In this document: one piece after another, positions 50,340-61,514 of the stretch | Numbering within the stretch: the stretch's first letter is position 1 | How the letters are laid out: the number at the start of each line of letters is the position of its first letter | Origin: an uncultured Lachnospiraceae bacterium | GTDB lineage: Bacteria > Bacillota > Clostridia > TANB77 > CAG-508 | Assembly (NCBI GenBank): GCA_945917765.1 | Contig: CAMEHU010000001.1 | Coordinates: 29,113-93,112, forward strand | Direction of reading: 5' to 3' | Length of the DNA stretch: 64,000 nt | Notes under the pieces: generated by a model | Seen by the model: only the letters and a program-made list of their open reading frames with translations | The model's database searches: none | Told to the model about the DNA's origin: nothing | Translations under genes and position numbers: made by a program

Positions 50340-52673
50340 CTATTCACCTTCTCCAGGTTTTGTAGTCATCAACTTATAAAGTTTTGTATTAGTTGGAAAT
50401 TTATTTACGAATGGAATTAACGAACTACCAACTTTTAGTAATCCTTGTCCTACACCAACATTAGTTATATATCCCATTTGCAACTCAGAAATATTTAACA
50501 ACTTTGAAAGTTCAATTCTATCAGTACTTGCTTGATTTAACATCACTATAAATTCAGAGTTTGCAAGCATAGTTCTTGCAGTATGACTTTGAAGTAAATC
50601 ATCTACATTTTGGGTTATACCTGTACAATATGCTCCATACTTTCTTACTCTTTTCCATAAGGTAAATAAAAAGTTTGCTGAATATTCATGTTGAAATAAT
50701 AAGTAAATTTCATCAATAAAAATAAAGGTATTTCTACCTTTTGCTCTGTTCTCTGTTATTCTATTTAATATACTATCTAAAACCACTAACATTCCAATAG
50801 GTTGTAATTGCTTTCCCAAATCTAAAATATCATAACAAATTAATCTACTATTAGTATTCACATTAGTTTGTTTTGCAAAAGTATTTAAACTACCATTTGT
50901 AAATAATTCTATCGCAAGGGCTATTTCTTTGGCTTCTGGTTCTGTTTGCTTTAAAAGTTCTTCTCTAAAATCTTGTAGCGTTGGTGGTGTTCCCATATAA
51001 TTTCCTTGCTGAAAATGTCTATATACAGAAGCAGTACATCTGTCTATTATTGATTTTTGTTTTGGCCCTAAATTATTACCACCAATTAACTGCTCACACA
51101 ATGATAATATAAATTCTGATTTTAATATTACAGGGTTTGCACCGTCACCATATTCACTATTCATATCCATTGCATTAATATGATTATCACTTGTAGCTGA
51201 TATATGAACAACTTCTCCTCCTAATGCTTTGACAAGTCTTGATTCTTCTCTTTCAGGATCTATCAAAATTACATCTGCATTAGGATTTCTTAATATTACA
51301 GATACAATTTCGTTTTTAGCCGTAAAAGATTTTCCACTTCCAGAAACTCCAAGTATAAAACTATTACCATTTAATAATTGCTTTCTGTCTGCAATTATCA
51401 TATTTTTACTAATAACATTTTGTCCATAATAAATACCATTTTCATGATTTATTTCTTGTACTCTAAAAGGCATAAATACTGCTAAACTTTCAGTAGTTAG
51501 TGTTCTTAAAGCATCTATCTTTCTAACGCCAAATGGCATTGCAGTATTTAGCCCATCCATTTGCTGCCATTTAAGAATAGCAAGCTGACATAAATGTTTT
51601 CTTGCAGTAGTTAATAAACTTTCAGTATCATTATCCAACTGTTCTTTAGTATCGGCAACGTGTACCATTGTTAAAATAGATAAAAACATTCTTTGGTCTC
51701 TTGTAGTTAAATCATCCAAAAATTCTTTTGATTCTATTCTTTGCTGTTCTAAATCATAAGGTATTATAGCACTAAAATTATTATTAGAATTTTGTCTTCT
51801 TTGCCAGTTTGTTATATTGGTTTCTACACCTAGTCTTCTGTTTTCAACCTCTCTTACAGCCTCGTCCATTGGTATTGGAATAACGTCTATACTCATCATT
51901 AAATTTCTATTCAAATCTGTAAGTTCTGCCACCATATTGTCTTTAATATAACTTGCATATTCTTTTAAAAATATGACTCTACCATATTTATTACCCATTT
52001 TAAAATAATCACTTTTAAATTCAAAAGTATCTGGACATATCATATCTTTGAAACTATGACCTTTTTTCATACTCTTAATTAAATCAAAGCTAAATGAATT
52101 TTCTTCTCCTTCTCTATAAAAATCATGAAACATTCTTAATCTATCAATAGCGTCTAATTCAATACATTTTGAACCTAAACCAGAAAAATGAGAAATTAAA
52201 TCTGCACCTATTCTTGCAAAATAATTTCTCGCTTCATCTATATTTTTTTTATTAACAGAAATAGTAATAAATTTTTCTTGGATCATTCCGTTTGCACCAG
52301 TTGCTTTGTCTAGTAACATTTTGTTATATTCTTTTCTATATATATCTAAATTATCATTTTCTAATGGTAATAATATATTTTTCTCAAAATCTATTTTATT
52401 TAATCTTCGATTAACAATTGTCAGTTTAGTAGTTGCACCAGTGTCAAAAGAATTAAGAAGTTCCGAATATTCTAAAAACATGCCTTCTTTATCGTTTCTG
52501 CTTGCTACTGCATAATTTATATCAGAAAACCTATAGCACTTAGAATACTTATTTTTTCCAACTAAAAATATTCCATCTTCCCATATTCTATTAACTGGAA
52601 TAACATCTTGTACTCCCTTTGGAACTACAAACTCTTCTTTGTCTTGTTTAAATAACATCTTTAATGTTTTCAT
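50340..52673 (-). CDS. VirB4-like conjugation ATPase
   Basis: GVSGSGKS, LIDPERE, FIDEIYLL, WKRVRKYG, GITQN. Confidence 0.93.
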   Translation of the reverse strand: MKTLKMLFKQDKEEFVVPKGVQDVIPVNRIWEDGIFLVGKNKYSKCYRFSDINYAVASRNDKEGMFLEYSELLNSFDTGATTKLTIVNRRLNKIDFEKNILLPLENDNLDIYRKEYNKMLLDKATGANGMIQEKFITISVNKKNIDEARNYFARIGADLISHFSGLGSKCIELDAIDRLRMFHDFYREGEENSFSFDLIKSMKKGHSFKDMICPDTFEFKSDYFKMGNKYGRVIFLKEYASYIKDNMVAELTDLNRNLMMSIDVIPIPMDEAVREVENRRLGVETNITNWQRRQNSNNNFSAIIPYDLEQQRIESKEFLDDLTTRDQRMFLSILTMVHVADTKEQLDNDTESLLTTARKHLCQLAILKWQQMDGLNTAMPFGVRKIDALRTLTTESLAVFMPFRVQEINHENGIYYGQNVISKNMIIADRKQLLNGNSFILGVSGSGKSFTAKNEIVSVILRNPNADVILIDPEREESRLVKALGGEVVHISATSDNHINAMDMNSEYGDGANPVILKSEFILSLCEQLIGGNNLGPKQKSIIDRCTASVYRHFQQGNYMGTPPTLQDFREELLKQTEPEAKEIALAIELFTNGSLNTFAKQTNVNTNSRLICYDILDLGKQLQPIGMLVVLDSILNRITENRAKGRNTFIFIDEIYLLFQHEYSANFLFTLWKRVRKYGAYCTGITQNVDDLLQSHTARTMLANSEFIVMLNQASTDRIELSKLLNISELQMGYITNVGVGQGLLKVGSSLIPFVNKFPTNTKLYKLMTTKPGEGE

Positions 52674-52676
52674 GAA

Positions 52677-53021
52677 TTAGCATTCCTCCTTTTTTAATTT
52701 TTCCTTAAATATTTCATAGTAGAAATTAGTTGGCTTGAAAGATAATTTACTTGGAATTAAAACTTCTGATTTAATCCATGCCAAAATTAGTTTTTCTGCT
52801 GGCATACCGTTATAGCTTATAAATCCTATTGCTGCAAAAGGAGAGGCTCCTAAAATACATATCCACGATAATGTTTCGATTCCTAAATGCTCTTTTAAAA
52901 TGAAATATAAAATTACAGCAACACCACAAGCTAATATAGAAAAAAAGAACTGCCTTAAAGACAGTCCAAAAAATATGCTTTCTGTATAATTTCTTATTTC
53001 TCTATTTATTTTAACTTCCAA
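52677..53021 (-). CDS. PrgI family protein
   Basis: INREIRNYTESIFFGLSLRQ, two TM segments, YNGMPAE. Confidence 0.85.
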   Translation of the reverse strand: MEVKINREIRNYTESIFFGLSLRQFFFSILACGVAVILYFILKEHLGIETLSWICILGASPFAAIGFISYNGMPAEKLILAWIKSEVLIPSKLSFKPTNFYYEIFKEKLKKEEC

Positions 53022-53023
53022 AC

Positions 53024-53716
53024 TTATCTACTCCTTTCATCTTTTTTCTTAGAATAATTAAAATTAAGTTCAACACTCATAATATTATCTCTAATGGTTC
53101 CATCATTAAACTTTATAGTATATCTGTCTGAATAGATATCCTTTCCTTTTTGAAAGTCTATTACATCAACTATTTCTCCGTTATGTTTCATATCACTTTC
53201 CATTTTTGTTCTAAATAAAGCCTTATCACTTTCTTTTATGTCTGATAGGCTATTATCATTTTGTTCTTGATAAAACTTCATAATATCTGGCACATCATTA
53301 TTCATTATTTTGCTTAATTTTTCTTTCGTAATATTATTATCTACGCAATATTTTAAGTATTTTTGAACACCTTTTATATTTTCAATATCTTCTGGATAAA
53401 ATTCATCAATGGTACTCCATAACCCATAATTGACATCATTAGTTATAAAACCTATTTCATATCCATTTTGCAATTCTTTGAAAAAATATTCATCCAAATT
53501 GAAATCCCAATCTGGAACATTCGTATATCCTTTAGGATAATTTTTAGTATACGGTGCAAATAAAATTATCTCATCAACACCATTACTTGCTAAAACATAA
53601 CTTTCATTTGTTTTAGGGTTATATAAAATAAAATCAATTGTCTTATCTTTATTTTCTATGTTTTCTGTCAAATAAGATTCTATGCTTGTCTTTATTTTAT
53701 TTATTATTTTTTCCAT
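53024..53716 (-). CDS. Hypothetical protein
   Basis: 230-aa ORF within the transfer operon. Confidence 0.75.
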   Translation of the reverse strand: MEKIINKIKTSIESYLTENIENKDKTIDFILYNPKTNESYVLASNGVDEIILFAPYTKNYPKGYTNVPDWDFNLDEYFFKELQNGYEIGFITNDVNYGLWSTIDEFYPEDIENIKGVQKYLKYCVDNNITKEKLSKIMNNDVPDIMKFYQEQNDNSLSDIKESDKALFRTKMESDMKHNGEIVDVIDFQKGKDIYSDRYTIKFNDGTIRDNIMSVELNFNYSKKKDERSR

Positions 53717-53718
53717 AA

Positions 53719-54030
53719 CTATCTTCCTCTTTCATTAATTTTATTTTTCTTATTTTCAAGTAAATCAGCAATTTTATCTACTTGAACATTATCATTCACA
53801 AAAGTATTGTAATCAATAAAGTCATTAGGATACTTATCTCCTAACTCTATTTTTTTGTTAGTTATCATTGTTCCTATTCTATTTACAATAACATGTTTTT
53901 CAATACTCGCAATATCTCGCCCATCATCACTATCTCTCAAATCATAACAATATAATCCTAATTCTTCTAATCTTTGTTTTGATTCATTTGACCTTATTCC
54001 AGAAACAATAAATTTAATTTTATTTTTCAA
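53719..54030 (-). CDS. LPD28-like small domain protein
   Basis: LYCYDLRDSDDG...IEKHVIVNRIGTMIT pattern. Confidence 0.55.
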   Translation of the reverse strand: MKNKIKFIVSGIRSNESKQRLEELGLYCYDLRDSDDGRDIASIEKHVIVNRIGTMITNKKIELGDKYPNDFIDYNTFVNDNVQVDKIADLLENKKNKINERGR

Positions 54031-54041
54031 ACTAACACCTC

Positions 54042-54887
54042 CTATAGTCCCATCATTTCTCTTACTACTCTATCTGATAATTTAATTGTTCCTACTAAAA
54101 CAAGCATATTAAATATCAGTTCTCCAATATATTTCCATACTTGCGTAACTGCTGCTGCATTTGTATCAACAACTGGTGGACTTGAAGCAAATAATGAAAA
54201 AATTATACATGCCAAAACAATTATTGCTCCTTCCATGCATACAGCACAGTATGATTTTATGAAACTTTTTCCTACTTGTTGTGTTGGCTCTCCAGCAAAA
54301 GTTGATAAAGGTATTGGAGCAATGGCAGTATATAAATATAATTTAAAAAATCTACCATAAACAGTCATAATCATAATGAATGATAAAACCGTTATAAGTA
54401 GTCCTCCTATCAGCGTCACAGCCCATAAAGGAATGGATTCGAAAAAGCCACACTTTTCAACTGCTGTTATAATCTCTTGGGGCAATGTTGTAGAACTAAC
54501 ACTTCCAAAACCTGCTGCTTTCATAATCGTTGATATTATGCCTTGTACAATTTTAAATATAGATAATAATAAGTCCATTCCATAAGTTACTACAATTTTT
54601 GCAATTGCAAATCTAATAAATAACTTCAAAGCGTGTTCTGGCTTTTTTACTTCTGTAAGTGATCCACAAGTTTTCATTACTCCCACTACAAAAAATAAAA
54701 CTAATAGAGCTAATCCAACTGCTTGAACTGCACCATATATATTTTGTATTACTGTCCATATTGTTCCACCTTTAAAGGTTTCTGGTGTTTGCGTTACTAA
54801 TTGCCATATTTCTCCCAATTTAGAGTTCCAAGTTTCTAGTGCATTTTGTAAATTTTGCACTACCCAATTATCACTCAATATTAACAC
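54042..54887 (-). CDS. VirB6/TrbL-like conjugation membrane protein
   Basis: Multi-TM; VYGRFFKLYLYTAIAPIPL. Confidence 0.85.
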   Translation of the reverse strand: MLILSDNWVVQNLQNALETWNSKLGEIWQLVTQTPETFKGGTIWTVIQNIYGAVQAVGLALLVLFFVVGVMKTCGSLTEVKKPEHALKLFIRFAIAKIVVTYGMDLLLSIFKIVQGIISTIMKAAGFGSVSSTTLPQEIITAVEKCGFFESIPLWAVTLIGGLLITVLSFIMIMTVYGRFFKLYLYTAIAPIPLSTFAGEPTQQVGKSFIKSYCAVCMEGAIIVLACIIFSLFASSPPVVDTNAAAVTQVWKYIGELIFNMLVLVGTIKLSDRVVREMMGL

Positions 54888-54936
54888 CTCCTAAAAATAG
54901 TTAGAGGCAAGTAGTACTTGCCTCTCATTCAATAAC

Positions 54937-55269
54937 TTAACCTGTAATCATATTTAAAATTTCTTTGGCAAAAGTTATAATTATACCACCTGCTACTGTC
55001 AAAAAACCATTTGCTCTTTGACTAGGGTCATGACTTTTTAATGAAAGACCAACTTGAACTATACCAAAACCAAGTAAAATCATTCCTATTGCTCTAATTA
55101 ATCCAAAGATAAAATTAGACAAATTATTAACTACAGCCATTGGATCATCTGCAGCAAGTACTGTTAAACTTGTTCCAAACGTCAAAGTAAAAAGACTTAT
55201 ACCTAGTGCATAAGCCTTAAACATCTTTCTTCCCTTATCACTCATTTTTAATTTGTTTTTCTTTTCCAT
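54937..55269 (-). CDS. TrbC/VirB2-like (Maff2-type) small membrane protein
   Basis: Signal-like segment, then LSLKSHDPSQRANG between two TM helices; start moved to ATG 55269. Confidence 0.7.
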   Translation of the reverse strand: MEKKNKLKMSDKGRKMFKAYALGISLFTLTFGTSLTVLAADDPMAVVNNLSNFIFGLIRAIGMILLGFGIVQVGLSLKSHDPSQRANGFLTVAGGIIITFAKEILNMITG

Positions 55270-55273
55270 ATAT

Positions 55274-57073
55274 TTATTCTCCTTCTTTTTTAAAGTAATC
55301 TTCAATTTCTTCTGAAGATAACAATTCATATTCGTCTGCTATATCTTCAACTTCTGTAAAATCATACGCATTTATATTCTCATCAAAACTTATTGAAGCA
55401 ATAGCATTTTCTGTGCCTCCATATGAATAAGGCTTTTCTTTTCCATCAGTTGTATATATAACATTAGGATGTTTTAAAATATCATATTTAAAATCCATTA
55501 TAGGACGTTCTCCTCTGATAAATAATAAAGCATACTTATTGTCTAGTAATCTTACTTCGTCTGGAGTCATTAATTCTCTACCACTTATTTGATAATTAGT
55601 AGAATAATTTCCACTTCTACCACTACTTTTTCCATAAGTATTTGTATCTATTGTTTCTTTACCTAATAATTCTGAAACATATTTATGAGTTGATTGTTCA
55701 TTACCACCTAAGTATAAAAACTCATCACAATTTCCAACTATGCTTTCCCATTGTTTTTCAAACAGGGCTTTTAACTGAGCTAAGTTTTGTAAAATTATAG
55801 ATACCGAAACTTCTCTACTTCTCATAACAGATAAAATCTTGTCAAAGTCATCTGGCAGACTTACATTTGCAAATTCATCCATAACAAAATGAACGTGTAC
55901 TGGTAAACTACCACCATATTTATGATCTGCTAAAAGAAAAAGTTGTTGAAACAATTGAGTATATAAAATACTTACTAAAAAATTAAAACTTGTATCATTA
56001 TCTGGAATTAATGCAAATAATGCCACTTTCTTTTCGCCTAATGATGGTAAATCTAATTCGTCTGTTATAGTTAATGAAGCCAAACTCTCTAAATTAAATT
56101 TTTCAAGTCTTGACGCTAAAGTTATTTGAATCGATTTAAGCGTTTTTGCACTCCCACTATGATAGTCTCTATAATATTTCAATGCTATATGTTCTGAGTT
56201 TTTACTTTCTAATCTATTAAATAAAACATCTAGTGGACTTATATAAGTATCATCATCTTCATGAACTTCTCCAGCTCTTAATAATTCCATAACCATTGGA
56301 AAATTTTGTTCTTCTTCTGGTGCTTCATATTTAAGATAAAATACTAAAGCTAATAAAAGCATTGACGCTGCAGTATCCCAAAAAGGATCATTTGAAGATG
56401 AACCTTTTGGAGTAGTTGCTTTAAATAAATTTGTTACCAATTTTTGAACATCATTATCGCTTTTTAAATATACAAATGGATTATAGCAATGACTTTTTTC
56501 CATATTAATTAAATCTAATATTTTAACTTCATATCCTTGTTTTTCTAGTAAATATCCTAAATCTCTTACAATTTCTCCTTTTGGGTCAAGAATTACAAAA
56601 GAAGTATTTGATTGCATTATATTTGGTTTACAATAAAACCTCGTTTTACCTGCACCACTACCTCCACATACTAAAACATTTAGATTTCTTCTATGTTTTT
56701 TTCCATTAAGTCCTAATGACACATTTTGAGTTAATATTTTATTATTCGAAATAGGTTTTTGCTCATATTTTTTGTTTATTACATTTGCAATACCCCATTT
56801 TGCACTTCCATGTTCTTCTCTCCTACGGTAATTTTTCTTTGAAGATATATAAATTCCAATTCCCATTAAATAGCATAAAATCATAGTAAAAACTACTTTT
56901 AAACTATTGTTGCACCAATAAATAGAAAAAGGGCTCTCCATTAAGTTTGGAAAGTCCTTTATTATTTGTGGTAAACCTCCACTAAGTGAAGGGGCAATTA
57001 GTAATGATATCCATATTGTAGGAATTAAGCCTAAAAAGTAAACCCACTTCGGTATATTATCTCTATTATTCAT
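55274..57073 (-). CDS. VirD4-like type IV coupling protein
   Basis: HGSAKWG, GGSGAGKTRF, DPKGE, MDEFAN, LQNLAQL, RELMTPDEV. Confidence 0.95.
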   Translation of the reverse strand: MNNRDNIPKWVYFLGLIPTIWISLLIAPSLSGGLPQIIKDFPNLMESPFSIYWCNNSLKVVFTMILCYLMGIGIYISSKKNYRRREEHGSAKWGIANVINKKYEQKPISNNKILTQNVSLGLNGKKHRRNLNVLVCGGSGAGKTRFYCKPNIMQSNTSFVILDPKGEIVRDLGYLLEKQGYEVKILDLINMEKSHCYNPFVYLKSDNDVQKLVTNLFKATTPKGSSSNDPFWDTAASMLLLALVFYLKYEAPEEEQNFPMVMELLRAGEVHEDDDTYISPLDVLFNRLESKNSEHIALKYYRDYHSGSAKTLKSIQITLASRLEKFNLESLASLTITDELDLPSLGEKKVALFALIPDNDTSFNFLVSILYTQLFQQLFLLADHKYGGSLPVHVHFVMDEFANVSLPDDFDKILSVMRSREVSVSIILQNLAQLKALFEKQWESIVGNCDEFLYLGGNEQSTHKYVSELLGKETIDTNTYGKSSGRSGNYSTNYQISGRELMTPDEVRLLDNKYALLFIRGERPIMDFKYDILKHPNVIYTTDGKEKPYSYGGTENAIASISFDENINAYDFTEVEDIADEYELLSSEEIEDYFKKEGE

Positions 57074-57261
57074 TATCTACATTCAAATATCCTTAAATGT
57101 CTTTTTTTAAATGGGGTATCAATTACACGAGTTAAAACTTCATCAATAAATGTCGTATCTTCGTTTAATGCAATTCTATTATTACGCATTTCATTTAAGG
57201 CATTTACAATAAGTCCTACTTCATACCTGTCAAAGGCTAGTATTTTTACTTCCTCTTTCAC
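57073..57261 (-). CDS. Hypothetical protein
   Basis: 62-aa ORF coupled to virD4, with an AGGAGG RBS. Confidence 0.65.
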   Translation of the reverse strand: MKEEVKILAFDRYEVGLIVNALNEMRNNRIALNEDTTFIDEVLTRVIDTPFKKRHLRIFECR

Positions 57262-57272
57262 TTAAAAACCTC

Positions 57273-58157
57273 CTATCTTTCTAAATCATTTATTTTTGCT
57301 TTTTTAGATATATTTTCAAAATGTTGGCTCATTCTCATATTTATATCTTCCATAGCACTTCTCATTGTTGCTAGTTCACTTCTAATTTCGTTAGAATTCA
57401 TATTTTTTAAACTATCTGGTATAACATCAAAATTAAAAGTTGAAACATCAATGTTGTACTTCTTACATAACATATAAGAAATACACTTACATTTAAAATT
57501 ATCTAAACTTGGATTTTCTGTTTCTTCTAATGTTGCCCTTGCAAGTTCTTCTGATAATTCTTTAAATATGTTTTTGGTTTCACAACCTCTTTTGACATAT
57601 AAAATATTATCTTGTTTATTCCACTTTGCTACTCTATCCATTTCTGGTATTTCATCAACAACTTTTATATTAACAGGACAATCTTTTAAAAGAGCCGTTA
57701 GTTTGACCTTATCATCATAAGCATTAAATTTATTATTTTGAGTAAGTGTAGTTTGTGATACATCAAACATTTTCTTCGGATTATAATAAATTGCCTGTGT
57801 ACCATTATTTCTTGTATATGATTCTCCTGGTTCTAAAACAATAATACTGCTTTCATTCTTTTTTATAAATGCTCCAGCTTCTTTCCAATCTGAAAATTCT
57901 TTTAATTGTGTAGCATTTGGCATTTGTGCAGTTATCAAAAGAGCATTACCTACAGAATATTTATTCATTCTGCTTTGAACATCTAAATATGTTTTGAATT
58001 TTTTAGAATCATTTACTATTTCTGTAGCAGTTTTTTCTATTAAATCAAAAGCAGATTTTCTTTCTTCTTGCTTTTTCTTAACCCATTCTGATTTATCAAA
58101 TTTCTTAGTTTGATTATTAGCATTGGCTTCTGAAACAATATTATCAATATTATCCAT
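57273..58157 (-). CDS. ArdC-like N-terminal ssDNA-binding domain protein
   Basis: FKTYL...YSVGNALLITAQ.P.AT...WKE.G...K.E motif and KMFDVSQT. Confidence 0.7.
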   Translation of the reverse strand: MDNIDNIVSEANANNQTKKFDKSEWVKKKQEERKSAFDLIEKTATEIVNDSKKFKTYLDVQSRMNKYSVGNALLITAQMPNATQLKEFSDWKEAGAFIKKNESSIIVLEPGESYTRNNGTQAIYYNPKKMFDVSQTTLTQNNKFNAYDDKVKLTALLKDCPVNIKVVDEIPEMDRVAKWNKQDNILYVKRGCETKNIFKELSEELARATLEETENPSLDNFKCKCISYMLCKKYNIDVSTFNFDVIPDSLKNMNSNEIRSELATMRSAMEDINMRMSQHFENISKKAKINDLER

Positions 58158-58162
58158 GATAC

Positions 58163-58921
58163 TTACCCTCTTTCTTTTATTTTTTTCTTCTTATTTTTAT
58201 GTTGTTTGTGTTTTATTTTATTAACTTTATTTTTTTCTTTTGAAATCTCAGATTTACCTAAATTAGTTTTAGCTTGTTCTTCTTTGATTTTCTTTATCTC
58301 TTCTCTAACACTAGGCTTTTGTAATTTAGTACCCAGATCTGATTTGTTTTTGCTCTTTGAGATAGGCTCTGATAGAGGGTTTTTTTCCATCTTTGCCACT
58401 TGGGGGTTTAATGGTTCTTTTTCTTCTTTAACAAGTGGTTTAGTTAAAATATCATCTACAAGTTTTTCCTCTATACTTTTAACAACAATATCATTTTCTT
58501 TGCTATCTTTTGATTTTCGAACATCATTTTTAATAGAGGCTGTATCTATCGTTGCAAATTTAAATCTTTCAACTATACGATTAATTTTACTAGCGTCTTC
58601 TGCTCTCACCATTATATCCACTATTCCATCAACACTTTTTTCCTTACCTTTCAAAGCACAAAATAAAATACCATATCTTTTTGCTTCTTGAGTAAATTTT
58701 TTAAAATCCTCTTCTTTAACTGTAAAAACTTTTAATTCTTTGCCACTTTTTATCATATTAGTTAGTCTGGTCTTTCCTTTTGTTTGACTATTATCTTTCA
58801 TAATAGCATAAATAAGTGCTGCTACATTTTTCGCACCACTTCCTGTTATTCTTGTTGCAACTTCAAAACCTTGCAAACTCATTCTAACAATTGACTCAGC
58901 AGCATCACCTGATGTGTTCAT
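58163..58921 (-). CDS. PcfB family (DUF3801) protein
   Basis: KGKTRL, FTQEAKRYGILF, VRAEDASKINRI, KPSVRE. Confidence 0.8.
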   Translation of the reverse strand: MNTSGDAAESIVRMSLQGFEVATRITGSGAKNVAALIYAIMKDNSQTKGKTRLTNMIKSGKELKVFTVKEEDFKKFTQEAKRYGILFCALKGKEKSVDGIVDIMVRAEDASKINRIVERFKFATIDTASIKNDVRKSKDSKENDIVVKSIEEKLVDDILTKPLVKEEKEPLNPQVAKMEKNPLSEPISKSKNKSDLGTKLQKPSVREEIKKIKEEQAKTNLGKSEISKEKNKVNKIKHKQHKNKKKKIKERG

Positions 58922-60254
58922 TGTTCTTATCCTCCTTTCCTTGTTCTTTTTCGGCTTGAGATAATTTTTCTTCTATCTCTTTACTTCTTTTAAGAATATC
59001 ATCACATAAAATCACCTCCTCTCGTATTGGTTTTAATTCTTCATTTATTTTTTCTATTTGATTAGACAACATTTTTTTCTCATCCAAATCATTTGACTTT
59101 TTGTGTTTGTACCAAAGTTTATATCTTTCATCAGTCAGCTCTTTTAATTTCTTTTCTTTTTCCTCTTTAAAGCAAAAAAACTGCTCATTAGTTTTTAAAT
59201 CATAACTAACAAGCAGTTTTGCTTCATTTGATATTTTATCCATCTTCTTTATATCTGCACGAATCTCAGCAGATATTCTTTGCCTCGGATACTTTATAGG
59301 AAATACTTTTAACAAATAGCAATAGTGCAAATATAAACCATAAAATCCTTTGTATTTTGGTTTGATATAATTCTTTTTATCTACTTCATATTTTGTATTA
59401 CCAAAGACTTCAATAAAAGGTATTCTTGGTGCAAAAGTTGTTTCAATTCTTTCATTAATTTTTGCAATTGAATACTCATCACCAAAATACCTTTCAATTC
59501 TTATATTTTTCTTATAACCTTTTCTTCTTATACTTATTTTGTTATATCTAACCATTACTTCATAATCCATAGCTTTCATTAAATTACAAAAATCTTTATA
59601 ATCATAAGCCTGTTCTATTGCTCTATCCAAATCTTCTTTTGCTTTTGAATAATAATTATTTTTTTCGAAATCACCTTTTTGATAATTAGCGTAATTGATT
59701 TTACTTCTTTTACATGATTTTTCTTTTAATTTAGATAAGCCATATTCTTCACAAATCGAGTCTGATATTTTGCGTAATTCTGCATAAGTTTCTCTTTTAT
59801 CATAATATCTTTTTCCATCAACAAAAGAAACCGAATTAATAACAAAGTGATTATGATAATGTTTTGTATTTAAATGAGTAGAAACAACTACTTCAAACCT
59901 ATCTCCCCACATTTCTTCTGCTAATTTAATACCAATTTCATGGGCTAGTTCTGGAGTAACTTCCCCTTCTTTAAAAGATTGAAAAGCATGAAATCCTAAA
60001 ATACCTTTTGTTTTATGAAATCTTTCTTTTGTAATTAGCATTTCCTCCAATGCTCTATCACTACTACAATTTATTCCTGTAACATAAAATTGTTTTTCTG
60101 TTTTATAATCTGCCTCAACATATTCTATTACATTATGAAGATTACAATATGGTTCTTTCGAATACTCCATGTTATTTGTTTTTTCTATATTCGTTGTATA
60201 TTTTAGAACATTGTCTAATCTTGATCCGATTTTCCAAATTCCTGTAGTTGCCAT
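58905..60254 (-). CDS. Relaxase (MOBP-type)
   Basis: MATTGIW..LKY, FHAFQSF.EGEVTPELAHEIG, and HUH motif STHLNTKHYHNHFVINS. Confidence 0.93.
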   Translation of the reverse strand: MATTGIWKIGSRLDNVLKYTTNIEKTNNMEYSKEPYCNLHNVIEYVEADYKTEKQFYVTGINCSSDRALEEMLITKERFHKTKGILGFHAFQSFKEGEVTPELAHEIGIKLAEEMWGDRFEVVVSTHLNTKHYHNHFVINSVSFVDGKRYYDKRETYAELRKISDSICEEYGLSKLKEKSCKRSKINYANYQKGDFEKNNYYSKAKEDLDRAIEQAYDYKDFCNLMKAMDYEVMVRYNKISIRRKGYKKNIRIERYFGDEYSIAKINERIETTFAPRIPFIEVFGNTKYEVDKKNYIKPKYKGFYGLYLHYCYLLKVFPIKYPRQRISAEIRADIKKMDKISNEAKLLVSYDLKTNEQFFCFKEEKEKKLKELTDERYKLWYKHKKSNDLDEKKMLSNQIEKINEELKPIREEVILCDDILKRSKEIEEKLSQAEKEQGKEDKNNEHIR

Positions 60255-60337
60255 TTAAAGCTCCTTTCAATAAAAAAAGAGCAAATCATTTGAGATTCAC
60301 TCTACATATTAAACAAAATTCAATGTTTTTATTATAA

Positions 60338-61348
60338 CTAATATTCTATATCATCCATGCAATTCAAATATTCATCCATATTGATATTATTTTTTTCTAT
60401 TATTTCATAATCATATATACCAGCATTATTTTCATTAAAATAACACGAAACAAACATTGTTTGCCTTTTTAAATTTAATTTATCCGTTGTTTTGTAATAT
60501 TCAAACAAATATCCTTTTTCATAATTACTATAATGTGACATTTGCGAATCTAATACAATTATTTCTCCTACCATATCAATATCATACCTAATATAAACAT
60601 CATACCTATTATTTTCAATACCAATTATTTCAATATTCGTAATATCGGCATTTTCTAAAGTAACATCTATTGTATCATTTTCTGATATTTCATTAATATT
60701 ATAATTATTTTGATTTTCTAATATTTTAGTTCCAATTATATATTTTTTTATTGTTTTCAAAATTTCTGTATCATACAAAAGATATAATTTAAGTACATCT
60801 CCTAAATTATCATAAATATTATACTTTAAATATTCTTTAGCAGCTTTGTTAAATCCCTTATCAAAAGAAATAACATTAACAACTTCATATTTTTGTTTTT
60901 CAAAATAGTTTTCTATAGAAGAGATAATCATTGCATCTGGAAATTCTTCTTTTTTTCTTTCTTCAAACGGATATTTTTCTTGAAAATACCATTCGTTTAC
61001 TTTCTTTAAATTTGTAAACTCATTACAATCAATAATTATTATTTTATTTTCTTCAATAAAATCGTTTATTTCTTTCAAATTCTTTTTGTAATAATATTCT
61101 AAAGCATTTTGAGGAATATAATCTTTAATATATCTTGTTTTCATTTGAGATAATTCTTCTTTAATGTGCTTTTTTATATGAACTTTTATTTCTTCTAAAA
61201 CAATGCTTGGCATAAATAAGTCAATATTATCATAACTCGCCAAAGTATTTATTGCATAACTTAACACACTATTTCTAAAATTATAGTGATCTGTGCTTCC
61301 AAAAACATTTGTATCAAAAATAATTGCAATCTTTTCCATTTCAATCAC
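60338..61348 (-). CDS. PIN-domain protein (DUF4935-like)
   Basis: IIFDTNVF, PSIVLEEI, EFPDAMI and ISFDKGF acidic PIN motifs. Confidence 0.8.
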   Translation of the reverse strand: MIEMEKIAIIFDTNVFGSTDHYNFRNSVLSYAINTLASYDNIDLFMPSIVLEEIKVHIKKHIKEELSQMKTRYIKDYIPQNALEYYYKKNLKEINDFIEENKIIIIDCNEFTNLKKVNEWYFQEKYPFEERKKEEFPDAMIISSIENYFEKQKYEVVNVISFDKGFNKAAKEYLKYNIYDNLGDVLKLYLLYDTEILKTIKKYIIGTKILENQNNYNINEISENDTIDVTLENADITNIEIIGIENNRYDVYIRYDIDMVGEIIVLDSQMSHYSNYEKGYLFEYYKTTDKLNLKRQTMFVSCYFNENNAGIYDYEIIEKNNINMDEYLNCMDDIEY

Positions 61349-61514
61349 CTATATTATATATTTTTTTATATAAAAAAACAGTCTTATATTAACGACTATT
61401 TTCTTAACTATCTATTCATCAGCATGATAAACAGAACAGTAAAATGGTTTAATATAATGCGTATCTCACATTACAGATATATACTATCATAATTTTAGAA
61501 TATTTTCTATAGTT

